Source of the DNA: Nymphaea colorata | Lineage: Eukaryota | DNA length: 64,000 bases | NCBI RefSeq assembly: GCF_008831285.2 | Contig: NC_045138.2 | Span: 32,302,001 to 32,366,000, forward strand | Direction: 5' to 3' | In this document: positions 37,591-51,400 of the stretch, in pieces | How positions within the stretch are numbered: the stretch's first letter is position 1 | How the letters are laid out: each line of letters opens with the position of its first letter | Notes under the pieces: generated by a model | What the model saw: only the letters and a program-made list of their open reading frames with translations | The model's database searches: none | What the model was told of the DNA's origin: nothing | Position numbers and translations under genes: made by a program

Positions 37591-39676
37591 ATCATTCTGA
37601 ATTATGGTAAAAAGGAAGGAATATGGGGAGGGAGGGGGAAAGAGAGACGGCGATCATTGCTGGAGTTCAGATGAGTACATAATAATAGAACAAAACCGGT
37701 CGTATCCCTCCTCTTAGATTTCCCTTTTCCTGTTCTTCTTTCTGCTTCCGTAACACCGTTCTTTCATTTTTCTCATTTTCTTCTTTAAGCAAACAAAAAT
37801 GTGCCCATCAATCATGATGATGAATGTGGTGCAGTCTCCCTCTTCTTTCTGGCGGTGTAAGGCCATCATTGACCAGAGCCACCCAAAAAAAAAAAAAACT
37901 GACCCTTCGCCAAAAAGATTGCTACCTTTCTCCACTTCCTTCTTCCTTTTTTTTTTTAATTTTAGTTTCTGCTGTAAATTTCTTGTAATTGGTATTTTGC
38001 CTCTCAAGCATGCTCTGCCGAACATATAATGATGTATGTATGTACGCTTTGTCCTTGAACGTCCTAAGATCCTTTTCCTTTCTTCTTTTTGTTTTTCATT
38101 CCCTGCATTTGAGTTGCCTTGGCTTTTAGTCCTTCCCAGCATCTTTTACTTTCACCGAGTCACTGGAGTGGAAGTTCCTGCGCTTCCACCGGGCGTGGGC
38201 TCTACGTTTTTCCACGTACTTTTATTTAAAGCGAAGATATAGTCTTCAATTATTTTCCGGCGAGCCGGAGCACAATTCAAAAGTTCCACATTCCTCCTGC
38301 CTCCAAGTTCTTCGCCTGCATGGAAGCTTGAGTGAGCAGCGAGCCGCTTTCAAATTGACTGAATATCTCTGCCTTCTGTAAACCAAGAGAGTAACACCCA
38401 CGGCCGGGCCAACTATACTACGTCCAATTAGTTTCTAATTACTTTTAATGAAGGATTCTGGGAGATAGGTTCCCCACCATTTCTTAAGAATGAATCATAC
38501 GTACATGACAAAAAGATGCACAAAACCAGGAGTGACGAGGATGCCATGCATCATTTATATATGTAAGTAGAAAGCCAAAAAACTAAAGTTGCTAATACAA
38601 CAACTCCTCACAAGTAATAAAAAAAACTAGGCCAAGAAAACTAGTTTTCAATTACTTAAAACATAAAAATAACAAAAAAAATCTAATTACATCTTTAGGC
38701 TTGTCCTTCTCTCTCTGTTGCCGAGGAGAATTTGAGTAATTGTTAATTTGCGACTTTTTTTTCATCTCAATAATCTGCGTCTGCTTTCATCCTTTGATTT
38801 GTTTCAGGGAATTTTGTATCCCAGTGGATAAACAAAATTTCATTTGCGTGGTAGCTAGCAACCGTAGACCGTTAATGATAGCGGTTCTAGGAACATAGAC
38901 GGATGACAGGTGCTTTTTTGACGTCTTTCGTCCATAACTATTGTTAGCATCAGATTTTATGACCTAAAAGCGCAAGATATCGACTTTTATGTTGAAATGT
39001 CATTTTTTCGTTTGTGGGTTTTGTGCTAATCTCATGTTTATGAGGATGCAGTTTTGCTTTGTACTCATTAATTCTTATGTGATAATGAAAACTGCTTTAT
39101 GTGGCAGCCATGAATGTAGGAAAACATTGTTTTCAAACAACTTAAATCTTTATGTTTCTTTCTCTTTTCTCTTTTTCTTCGGTTTCCTTCTCTCTTGGTG
39201 TGTCAAGAGAGTGTGAGAGAGCTTAGTTGCTAACATTTTCAATCCTTGAATCAATTTCTGCATGGACTAAACTCTTGCAAAGGTTGGCATAAGATTACCA
39301 ACAAATTTAGCCTGCCTATTAATCTGAACAAGGACTTTTGAAGTTCCATTTTGTTCACATACTAAACTCAACAAGGCTGGAGCTGAAAACAATAATGCCA
39401 AGGAAATTTTTTCGTAAGAAAGAATTACGTTTTCAACTTTTGAAGGGAAAGAAGGTCGTGACTGTTAACGGTTAGCCCAAACTCAAGCAAGTACAGCTCT
39501 AAACAACAAGGTACATTGTCAAACAGTTCTATTAGAGATCGTACTATTAAATATTTCCGAAAGTTGTGAGTAATAAGACTTATAGTTTCATTTCAAGTCA
39601 AACATCAAGGCTGGGCGCCCTGTCGCGGTGTCTCATTAGTGCAGAGACTCTGATTGCAGGTGGCAGACGAGGCCTG

Positions 39677-39707
<31 letters not shown>

Positions 39708-39973
39708 TATACTGTCAGGCCAAATCCGACCTGACATTTTATCACATTCTTACACTCAAACCAGAGACCAGGACCTTGGTCTTAAACCCCATAAGCATGT
39801 CGGACCATAGTGCTCCTGCCCGCATCAAGGTCAGGTATGTACGACCCTTTTGCTAACATATTTTTAGAGAGAGAGATATAGAGTGAGATTAACTTTAGAG
39901 CTCTTTCCGGTGAATGGAATGAGCGAGACGTTACCCACTCAATTGGAGTGATCCCCAAGACTCCTCCACTATT

Positions 39974-40260
39974 AGGCCCTGGCAGGTCGGGTTAGCCCAC
40001 TTAAAATTAAAAAATATATATTTTAATATAAAAAAATATTATATACTTAATTGTAATAAAAATATTATAATTATATATAAAAATCAATAAAAATAATATT
40101 TCAAATATTTTATTGAACCAACATAACTTAATGGAGCCCACTCCATCTCGGTTCCTTTTTTGGCATCCAAATCAGGCTGAGTATCGGGCACTAGGTATCG
40201 AGTAAGGCTTATGCATTCTCCAAACTCCAGGATCCTAGGCTGTGCTGGGGCTACGGTGAC
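39974..40260. mobile_element. MITE with GC-rich ends and an AT-rich core (related to 55632-55976 and ~50035-50215)
   Basis: Shared AT core (AATAAAAATATTATAATTATATATAA-like) and GGCCC/GGGCT subterminal motifs. Confidence 0.55.
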
Positions 40261-41664
40261 CAATAGGAAAAAATAAAATAAATATGTGTTATATTTTCTA
40301 TGAACATCAATTCATATGTGGTTGCACTTGTAGTCTCTTAAGACTTAAAAATTTTGTTAAGTATATATATTAGTTTCTTCATGCTGCAATCAGCTAAAAT
40401 GAAAGCAGTTATGTTTTTTTGCATGAGCATGGTAGATCAAACTAGCATGAGAGTTTATATTGGTATGGACAATCAATTGCATTCTCTCAACTCCCACACA
40501 CCCTTCTTATTAAATCAACTAAAACAAAGGAGATGAAAAGGAAAAGAGAGATCAAGAAAGCAAGCTTGTTAAGAATGTTTACAGTTTTGCATGAGTAAAA
40601 AGAGCATTTCATCCTATTGTTTAGTAAGTCGAAAGCATTTTTCCCTTCTCCACGCCTCAAATTACGTCGTAGTAGTAGGTCGCTTCCAACTATTAACATA
40701 ATAAAGTTTAATGGGATTACTATTTAAACCAGCGACCGACTGCCTACCAGATCAGAGTCTAGGACGCCAAACACTCTCAAGAATGTTTGTAGTCAAAACT
40801 TGCGAGAGAAACAGGGACTCATTTTTTGCTTTTCGTTTTAAATCAAATGCTTCATGACATCGTCGCAAGGCGAACTGCAGGGCCCACGCGTCCGTGCGAA
40901 CGCAAGGCATTGGCCTCCCGCCCGGAGACAAAGCGGGCGGGGTGGGTGCGACCGGAATCTCACCGCCGGTTATTCTCCCGGAAAACTGTGGGCCCCGCCC
41001 CTTGCGTCGGCCTTACGTCATCATGACGCGGCCGGCCCATGTTCTACGGCCATCAAGCGGCGTGGACTGGCCCCGCTTGTATCCGGGTCGAGGCGCAGTG
41101 TGACCCGAAATAGTCAGATCCGACAAGCTCAAACGGGTCCAGCCTCTGCGGATTTCAATTTTCAAATGCCCGTGACGTCCCCAGAACAGATGCTCCTGCA
41201 ATGGATAGGATGATCCAGATTGAGCTGTTGGGATCAGAATCATCACGTTTCGTCCGATCTGGTATTTGGAAGTAAATGTTTTAGGTGATCGGTAGATCGA
41301 GTTGACCAGAATCGGAAAACAGATCTCTGGAAAATTAAAAACAAAAATTCAAGAAAAATTAAAATTTCCATAGATATAATTTTTTTTTTTTTTTTTTTAA
41401 AGGAAGGTGAATCTGAGATAGGGAAAACGTTAAAAATAAGAAGGTATTAACGCCGTCACAGGGTAAAGTTGCAGCCTTAAAGACAAATTGTCTTACAACT
41501 AAGGATGAAGTCTTTTACAACCATGGCATGCTTTTGTGCAATTTGTTTAATCTTATTAAGGATCCAGTATCCTGTTACGTTCCAATATGGTGTGTTAATA
41601 TATGTATGAGCTCAAATCCGCCGGCCAACTTGAGCTCCATTTAATCATCGCCCCTTGATGCCTT

Positions 41665-41718
<54 letters not shown>

Positions 41719-42396
41719 ATGAACATTCAAGGTAAGGGTCAATGCGTAATGCCATGGGTTTCCATATGTAACACTTTCATATGGGAGAACAAATACATGA
41801 GATTAAGGATAACGCTCAAATATTTGAAAGTGTAGATGTGATATTACAGTTGGTTGTTTTCATACTTGACTTTCAGGTGAGCGGAGAAAGTCCACTGTCC
41901 AGCAGAAGGCCAATGGCCCCTGTAGAACCTCTTATCCTCTCAAAGTACATGGTTGATTTTCGATGCTTGGAAATGTCACCGCCAGCACACTTCAAGTCAT
42001 GCAATGGTGGCTCTCCTTTTGCAGCATATCAAGGATTCGAGCCTATCGGTCTCCATCCCATCTGTTGTGCCAACCCCATTAAGGACCACTTAATTGTTGA
42101 CGATATTGAAAGTAAGTCGAGAGGTTTTGGTAACTTAGTTCAATATTGAGATAGATCATAAAAATTGATATACCAAAGTCAAATTCAGCCTTGACCTGGA
42201 ACCTGAGATGTACGCATGTTGTGCCTCTAAAGGAATGTACTGAAACACCTTATGTAAAAGGATTAGAATTGTAGTCATATAGTCACAATATTGAAAACCT
42301 TTGGAGGATTCTAAGTATTGATTAACATCACAAATCGTCTTACTTCTGTCTCAATCTTATTGGCATACGACAATTCCTAGTCTTCATACATGACTG

Positions 42397-42585
42397 CAGT
42401 GGCAGAGCCACATATAGGCTGGTGTGGGCAGTTGCTCACACCAGTTTCTCAATTTTCTTTCATTTTTTCATTTTTACATTAAGATCGTTTAATATTTGTT
42501 TTATTATATATGTAAATGTCCACTTCAGGTATGAAAACCTGTGAATCAGTGCCCCTCCATAAAATTGTTTTCACTCCGACCACTT
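42397..42585. mobile_element. hAT-like MITE (CAGTGGCAGAGCC family)
   Basis: The left end CAGTGGCAGAGCCACATATAGGCTGGTGTGGGCAGTTGC is shared with 48311-48483 (inverted) and, more loosely, 63707 onward. Confidence 0.7.
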
Positions 42586-42812
42586 TATTTGGAGGTGTTA
42601 CTCCTTCCAAGGCAAAGGCTCCTGCATATGTGGGAACTAACATCTGAATATTGAACTTCATTTTGATACTAACTCGAGTCAAACCAACTTGAGTGTTTGA
42701 CGGCTAGCAACCTCCCTTCTAGCCAGATTCCTCATAACATATAAACATTATGAACCAACAAAATTAGTAGTGTTGCGTTGATATTTATAAACAAGTCAAG
42801 AGTTATCAGTAC

Positions 42813-43096
42813 TAGAAGTGAACACGAGCTGAGTTGGGCCTCAGGTTGGCCAGCTCCAGCCGGACTCAACTCATATTGAGCTTGTCTCAAGCTCGGTCAA
42901 GCCTAATAAGGTCGGCTCGAGCTTGACCAGTCTAAGCTCGTTTACATGTTGACGAAATTTCATAGCATGTGTCGGCGAGCAGAAACTCGTTTAACTAAGC
43001 TTGGCTTCTCAACGGTTTTGATTCTTCCAGCTCGTTTCTTCACGACAGGGCTCCGTGGCTGCCACTCCCACAGCTGGATGACCGAGAGAGAGAGAG

Positions 43097-43140
<44 letters not shown>

Positions 43141-43282
43141 TGACCATTGGGCCGGCCCGATTAAATTTAAAAAACTCAAGTTTAAAGTTGAGTTTGAACT
43201 CGACTCATTAATAAGTGAGTCAATCTTGACTCAAGTATTTTTCAAACGAGTCCGAGTTGACATGACTCATTGTTCATTCCTA
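42813..43282. mobile_element. hAT-like MITE with GAGYTCGAG/CTCG subterminal repeats
   Basis: TIR TAGAAGTGAACA...TGTTCATTCCTA; imperfect 8-bp TSD ATCAGTAC/ATCAGCAT. Confidence 0.75.
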
Positions 43283-44160
43283 ATCAGCATTTATATAAGG
43301 CTACTATTATTTTCCTTGCTTATAGTGTTCGTTATTGTCTTCCTTTCAAACATGTATTCAACAATCAGATCAAGTTAATTTTCAGCATTTTAAATTATCT
43401 ATATACTTATTATATATTTGCCCTCCTACCGTTACATGCATGAGTTCATCTAGATATTAAAATTTAGAAACTTTAATTTGGCATCCTTCATGAAACTTTA
43501 ATTTTTGGTTTCGCCCCTGTCTCAGCTTCAGACCAACGTCAAACATGCTTACCCAACTCAAACCATCTTTAAATGAACAAGAAATTTAAAGATGGGGGTT
43601 TGACTCTTGGACCGCAGAAATTGTCATTTTCTTTAGAGGATTGTCTAGGCTCGACCCAAACATTCATTCAGCTTTTAGCTTCTAAGATTGACTTGAGAGA
43701 CACACTTTCCGCCCCAAAGTTTAGGACTTGTTTATAAAACAATGTTTTAATCTCCAATAAACCTGCCTCAATCTTTAAGGCAGATTCACAGGATACTCAT
43801 AAAATGTCTTTGCTGTCAAGATTGGCTCGAACTCGGACTCATTAGCTTTAAAAAAGAGAGCTAGCTTGCCCTGACAATATCCATGGGCTCTCATGAGATC
43901 CTACTTGGCTTTCAAATTTGAATGGAATAAGTTTGCATATGATAATGTGACTTGGAAGAAAAGAGAAAGGGATGATAAAAGGGAAGGGATATGATGAAGA
44001 GTGGCCAAGTGCATCATTTCTTTTTGTCTGCAACTAGGAGTGGTGGCACTGTCTGTCCTCAACAGTAGAGTTAGTGAAACTGGCCTGCAGTCATTCCCTT
44101 TTCCATTTGTTCCTCTAAAAATTTACCAACTTCACCTTCTTAATTCATGTAAAAACTGTG

Positions 44161-44247
<87 letters not shown>

Positions 44248-45239
44248 ACTTAGTTAAAAGATAAAAGCTAGACTCACAAAAAATAATTAGTAAAGTCATG
44301 TTACGCAACATAACTTTATGGATATGATCTTAGATGAGCAGTGTGTTAAGTTAGTCATTTCAAAATTTTAATAATGTTTTTTAATAGTAAAAAGTGCATC
44401 ACTCTTGTACCATAGAAATTTTTTATAGTAAACAAATAAATATTTTACAAAAAATAACTTGAATAAATCAAACATGATTTATATTGAATTGATGTTTATC
44501 AACACGTCAGGTCAGGATGCTCAAATTTTGTTAATAATAATTGTTAAGTGTTAACATTAAATTAAAAGGACCTTTTATATATATGTATGGCAAGTATTAT
44601 TTATGACAAGTACCAAGTGTAGACCTAATGATAAAATCTGTGCCGTCTTGAAAAGAGCATTTTTTCCCTTTATTTTTCTCGAAACGTGGTGACTGTTATT
44701 GAAATTTTGATTTAATTAGTAATTAACATAATTGTAACATTCACTGCAATTTAACTGAAAGCTTATCAGGAGGGAAATAAGCATAAACCAACTTACTCCT
44801 GGTTTGCAGTTTGTAAGAAAAGCTTTGGCACATACTTCGAAGCATTAGGCTGTTGATAAATGGTAAACCAAGTAGCTTATATTATATACTTTCCAAATTC
44901 TTATTAAAAAAGAAAAGGAAAAAAAAGAAAGGATTTGTGGTGTCACGGGATTGTGGTGACCATGAATTCCGTTCAACCATTCCAATGATTACTAGTCGTC
45001 TCACCTTTTCGTTTGTGTGGTAGGGTTTGTGTGGTTGAATTGTCGATACATTGCCTTGGATGTCAATGTCACTCTCTTTTCCTCTCATACACATGATACA
45101 CACCTTTCATGTAAAAAAAAAAAAAACTAGCAGTAACTTTTTTAATTCCTCAAAAAAAAAACTAGCAGTAACTTTTTTAATTCCTCTCATACACACCTAG
45201 TAACTTTTTTAATTACCAAGGTTCAACAGTTTTATTTTT

Positions 45240-46693
45240 GGTTTCTTGTTTGGCACTGCTTCTCGCCAACAGATTGTGAGAACTTGGCTCATTCTTCGAG
45301 GTTTTGAGCTCATCTCGGGACTTTCTGTTAATTCTTTTAAGTGTCACATTTCCCTTATCCACGTGAATCCGACCACAGTACTTCTTGCGCAAGCTTGCTT
45401 TGGGTGTAAGGCTGTTGGCCTGCCTATAGAATATTTAAGTATTCAGATTACATTGTCCCCTCCTGCACCCTCCTTTTGGGATGGAGTGGAGCAGAAACTT
45501 GCTAATCGCCTTCAGTGTTGGCAAGAAAAACTGCTTTCTCTCTCATGTCGTATTACTCTTGCTAAACGCTGTCTCGCGTCTGTCCTCCTCCATGCTCTAG
45601 CGGTCTTTCGACCTCCTGTGGCTGTTCTGAATAGGTTTAATAGAATCATTCGTAATTTCATCTGGGATGGTGATCAGCCTTCAGATCGTCTTACACGCTG
45701 GGATATGATTGTCTTTCTGCTTCTTCTTGGGGGTGCTAGGGTTACCAACCTTAGTCGGGCTTGTGAGTCTTCTCTGTGTTCTTGGTGGTGGCGTCTGGCA
45801 ACTGAGCACTCTCCCATCACCCTATTCATTTGCTCTAAATTTGACATGCATTCTCCCAATGTTTGGAGTGGTTCCATCTCCCACATCTCTCCATCTCACT
45901 TTTGATGTGACCTGTTTTCCGTCATTCCTCTTTTCCTCCGCTTTGCTGACCTCCCATCGTTTGCACCCCTTTCCTGGCTTCTTCTTCTTGCTACCTGGCT
46001 TCCTTTGGTTCTTCTATGGCATCGCTCTCATCTCGATCTCTTTGGTCTCCTGACCCCTCTCCTCGTGCCATTGCTTTTGTTTGACTTCTTCTTGCTGGCC
46101 ACATCAACACTTTTGACCACTTACAGCGTCTTAGCATCAGTTTAGCTAACTAGTGTCCCCCATGTCTCGCTGCGGCTGAGTCTCGGGTCCACCTTTTTAC
46201 AACTTGTCTTTTCTTCTTTAGTGTCTTTGCCTCTGTCTGGCCTTCCCTTGTTACTAGCCTTACAGACTCACCTTCCATTCATCTTCTTTTCCTCCTTTGT
46301 CATTCCTCCAACTTGGCTGTTTCCTGGGGTCGTGTTTGGAGGTTGTGGCTCATTTTAGCTTGGTGACGCATTTGGGAGGAGCGCAACAACAGGGTCTTCA
46401 GGGACATCTTCTCTTCATCTGAGTCTGTAGCTCGTCTTGTGCAGGAAGATGTTCATTTTGCCATTCAGCTGCGGCGTCGTCCTCTTTCTGCGGCTGGCTG
46501 ATGTTGCCATTCTATCTTTCCACTCTCTTTCCACCCACTCTTATTTTGTTTTTCTGTACGTTGTTTTATATATTTCCTCTTTTGCTTCTGTCTTGCGGTT
46601 TCTTACTGTAACTAGGGGACTTCTTGTCCCAAATTTTTCTATCTAGGGCACTTCTTGTCCCCAAATTTTGATATACATTCTCATTTTATCGGC
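45240..46693 (+). mobile_element. 5'-truncated L1-type LINE (RT C-terminus, zf-RVT, 3' UTR)
   Basis: ORF 45246-45905 (LRGFELISGLSVN...LPIEYL...KLLSLSCRITL...IRNFIWDG...WWWRL), then a frameshifted CPPC..AESRVHLF..C zinc finger and WRERNNRVF. It ends CATTTTATCGGC, followed by (CT)n(AT)n. Confidence 0.92.
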
Positions 46694-46735
46694 TTTTTAT
46701 CTCTCTCTCTGTCTGTCTCTCTCTCTCTCTCTAGA

Positions 46736-46783
<48 letters not shown>

Positions 46784-47397
46784 GGTAAAGTATAAAAGTT
46801 TACAAAAAACTGTATTCTTCCTTTATATATATAAAAGTGAATAGTAACTCTGGCCATCTAGTGTCGTCCGTTTAATGCAATGGATGATTAAAAGAGAAAC
46901 ATAAATAAAAAGATGGTAATTAATATTAGATAACTAAAATGCTTATTACTTTTTTCTTAACAGTCTATGTTAGATCAGATAGTTTTGGTTTATATATATA
47001 TATATAGTTAAATGAATAAAATTACTCTTGACGCTAGTGATTTTAGGTGGAGCGTGGAACAAGTTTGAAGGTGAATCTTTCTATAAGGATACAAATGAAA
47101 AAGAAAAAAGTCAATTTAAAAAAAACTAAAATATTTCTTTTCAATGGGTGAATAAAAAAGTTTCAACCGTGGGACACTAATTCAAAAGCTCTTATACTCT
47201 AATATAAGGGCATCAATGTATACAAATAAGTAAATAGTTGAAAATACCTATATAAAAATTAAAAAAAATTGTGCTATTGGTCTGCAGAACAGTCCACATT
47301 ACAGAAAACATTTCGCCCAACTTCAAGATCAGGAAAAGAGAGGACCGCTTGTCACACTCGAGGGACTGTTAATAAGACAAAACCACCTAATCAATTT

Positions 47398-47442
<45 letters not shown>

Positions 47443-48310
47443 GAGAGATAGAGGAAAAAAAAAAGAGATTCTATCAAAATCACGATGCAAATTGAATCAA
47501 TTTTTACCAAAGACAGAAATCTGCCTAAACATACTAAAATTGAATTCATTTTTAAATAGCTAAAAGTTGGTTTTTTACATTATTAATTTGAGGCAAAACT
47601 AGTTGCAACGGAAAAAAAAATGAAAATATAAAAAATAATTAAAAGTAGTGAAACATTCATGAACTGTGGCATGTGGCGCTCTTCAGTTTGGAGCGGGAGA
47701 TCAAATATATAGTGTACATTAACGATTGAGAGTGGTTCAAGCCTAATTTTGATAAAATGATTAGTATTACCCCTTGAATTGATCAGTATCACCTTTTGTT
47801 GTCTCCATAGCGTTGTCGTTGTAAGGCATGTGGCATGTGTTTGTGAGGCAATGAGGTTTTAGAATTCTTCATTATCGTAAACAATAACAGAAAAAATCTT
47901 CGATTTATTGGATATAGACCGTCCAACTTAGCATTAGAAATATTAATAGTATTTTGTGCGTTTATCTTGATCGAACGGGCTGGAATCAGTATTTTCTTTC
48001 CACACAAATTGTCATTTAAGAACGTAAATATGCGGATTCATATGTAACTGGTAATTTGTTCAATGCTTCTTACAGTTTGACAATAGGACGTGGAATCGTA
48101 AGAAAATAATCAAGATATGTTTGATGCATTGATTAATCTGTACTAAGGATGTCTACAATAGTTAAAACTATGTGTAAACCCATCCTTTTTGTTGGGTAAG
48201 CAAGATGAATATTTTCTCTTATTGCTCGACTAAGAGCCAAAACCCTACCCTTAACTTATTCTTCTAAAGTACCAGACCTACTTTTGATGCCTTAAGATAA
48301 TACATCCGCT

Positions 48311-48483
48311 CAGGGCCAGAATTTTTTTTGCCATGGGGCGCTCTTATAGAAGTTTTCATTTTTGAAGAGACACAATATATATAAATAAGTAAATAATTGT
48401 AAGAAATCCATGTAAAATAAATAAAAATTTTGTTGCTGGCATGGGCAACTGCCCACACCAGCCTATATGTAGTTCCGCTACTA
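48311..48483. mobile_element. hAT-like MITE (CAGTGG family)
   Basis: The right end is the reverse complement of the 42397 left end. 8-bp TSD CATCCGCT/CCTCCGCT. Confidence 0.75.
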
Positions 48484-51400
48484 CCTCCGCTATGCTTCAA
48501 TTTGTACATTGGTGCTCTGCAGATTTGTAAATTGGTGCTTTCCTTTAGTGTAGATATATCCTTTAAGCTGAAAATTACAAGAGAAATTATTTATTGAAGC
48601 AGCTGATATTTGATGAAGTAATACCATCTCAAGGGGTGGTACTAGCCAGCTAAAGGAACTTTATGACGGCAAAATATAGATAATCGATCAAAGAAAACTG
48701 ATCAATATATTTTCAGAAAGTCTGGTCTACACATTGGATTTTCATTATTTTCTTTGAATCATATAATTTTGGACACTCCCCATTTGTGTATGTGGTTGGA
48801 TTCATCTACAAATTGGTATCTTCTTTAAAAATACACTTCACAACTAATTCCATTTTGTTTTTCACGATGTAATCAAGACAATTCATAGGCAAATGAATGG
48901 GCCATGTCCCTGTTAGTTAATATAAAAGAAGAAAGCTAGCATTATTGAACTTTGTCCCCGATTTAGTTATGTCACAGTCGATTCCTAATAATAGCTACAT
49001 CAGGATGCAGTACTCATATAATAATGTTGAAAGCTGGCGAAAAGATTTATGCATATACAAGCAACAGCGGGTTCTCCAAAGTTGGAGGATGTCATTGACT
49101 CTGGCCAACTATTCTTCATGAACAAGCTTCTGCTCTTTGGTGGTCTTCGGTGTAAACACATGAAATGTTTAACGCCGTCATATAAGCACATCATGGGCCT
49201 ACCATCTAATGTCGTCAAAATCAGACCCAGGTTAGGATGATTTTTTTTATATTTAATTTTTGTTGTTTTTCATATTTTTTATTTTTGTGTGAAAACCATA
49301 AAATTTAGTTTAATATTATTTAGTTTAAAATTTAGTTGCAAAGTACTCTGATGGGCGCTTCAACTTGATTTTTCTTTTACAGTACAAAGAGTTATGCCCT
49401 GATGATTCGAAACAGAAACTGATCGCCTACCAACCTTCCTTTGCTTGTTGTGTTAACCCATATTTGTTGTATTCTTTGGCTCGCTTTCTTTTTTTTTTAA
49501 TAACTAGATGCGAAAATCAATTTTAACAACAATATTTATTTCCACCCATTGAACAATTGATTTGCCAAATTGCAAACCAATTGTGGTAGTTAAATCAATT
49601 CTCCTATTCATTAGCATTATGTCATTCTCAAAATTTTCCATTTAGAAAAGGAAAAGCCACTGTGTGGCTATCCAACACTTCATTAAAATAAGAAAGAAAG
49701 ATAAAAATGGAAAACCAAAAAAATTAGAATAAAGAGTAAATGATCTAGAATATACCCCATCCTTGAGGAACCGTATGAATACGGAAGGAACTTTGAAAAT
49801 TAACTTGCATCTTTCTTAACATCGCTTCTAATCATGCCAAATTTTTCCTGCTTGACAGTTCGCCACAGAAGTGATTTCATTTTGCCCGGTGAGTCAAAAC
49901 GAGGGAATCTGAAGATAAGCGGCACATCTGATCACCTATGTCTACGGAATATCTCCCATCAAGGAGCCAATTTGTCCTTGCCACAGTGTTCCACGTAACG
50001 CTTAGCAGCGTGATTTGAAGTGCCCATCAAGTCCTAGGCCCCACTTGACCTGATCTGATTTTAAATAATAAGAAAGTAGATGAAATATTTACACTTAATA
50101 TATATAAATATAATATATATTATATTATAATGCTATATATAAATATAATATATATTATATTATAATGCTACTAGGCCCGACTCATCCCGGCTTGGGCCTT
50201 ACAAGGATACCCTAAAACACGTCGCGCAGTGGCAAAACCGATTTTTTTTTTGGACGAGTATTCTTTACAGATTTCATATTCGAACGGGTACTTGCATACA
50301 TAATAGACCAAATATTTAAAAATATTAACCGAAAATAAAGGAAAGCAAGTTACACGTATACATTATATTGCGTAAGAAAGAGTATTCTTCGTTTTTAACA
50401 CATATGTAAACAACAACAACAATGATATATAGAAACATGCATATGATATAAACCTCTCTCCTTATTTCCACTGACAATCTTAAAAAAAAAATGTAAAACA
50501 GGTTGAATACTTTTTCTCTGCCGCCGTTTAGTTTCTCCAACAAATTGGAGAATTGGGAAGCTGATGAAGCATTTCAATGGCTGTCTCCATATGCTTCTAG
50601 CCATTTTACCCTGAGAAAGAGACGGTGGATGCCTTGCTTTACCATATAAAAAATATATATATAACAAAATGATATCAGGACTAGTAGCCTATTCTGTGGA
50701 AGTTTATTTCATCATCATCAAAAAGGAGTACTAGACTTCACATTAGGGCTTAACTCAGCTTTAACATAGGAAATTGTGCTCCTTCATCTCTTGTTACCTT
50801 TAGGAATTGTCTTCGATGTTGGAGAAAGGAGTAGGAGAAAGACCATGAACACCCTATTAAAACACTGTGACCACCAAAACACAATCAAAATATACAGGTT
50901 TCTACTGTTTGTCCCACTTCAGAGCGGGATGGAAAAGCAAGAACGGACAGTTAAGAAACGTGCTAGTGAAGGATTGTCTTCTCTGCAGTGTGGCTTTTAG
51001 GCACAAATGTTCAGACCGAGAATAGCAAGAAAACATACTCGGAAAGTGGAAAACCCGATATGGCTAAAGCTGTTCTTGGCCTGTTTGATAAAGGTGTTGT
51101 GGGGGACCCTGTCTCGGACAACGTTCGGGGCCGTTTGAGAACACTAACATTATGTTATTGTCTCAAACACATAACTAAAAAATTGGTTTACATTCATTGA
51201 ACACTTTAAAAAGTGTTTTGTGAATCTATTCAGTAACAATGTGTTACTAATGACAAACAGATCCTTCAGTAACACAGAATATGTGGCACCAGCCATCCAA
51301 AGAACATTCAGTAACGCGTAATATGTGTCACAGGATACGTTATGCTGGTGCATCCTCTAGTTGCCGCAGTCCTGCTACTCGATGTTCCGCGGATTATTTG

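Noticed and set aside
37869..38360. W-boxes (TTGACC, TTGACT) upstream of the WRKY gene as evidence of autoregulation
   Set aside because: Two hexamers in ~500 bp is close to chance expectation.
41780..42370. 122-aa ORF, or a possible degenerate LINE fragment on the minus strand
   Set aside because: No diagnostic motif that I can identify with confidence.
49390..49430. CTGATGA-TTC-GAAAC, resembling a minimal hammerhead
   Set aside because: There is no correctly placed GUH cleavage triplet and no stem I complement.
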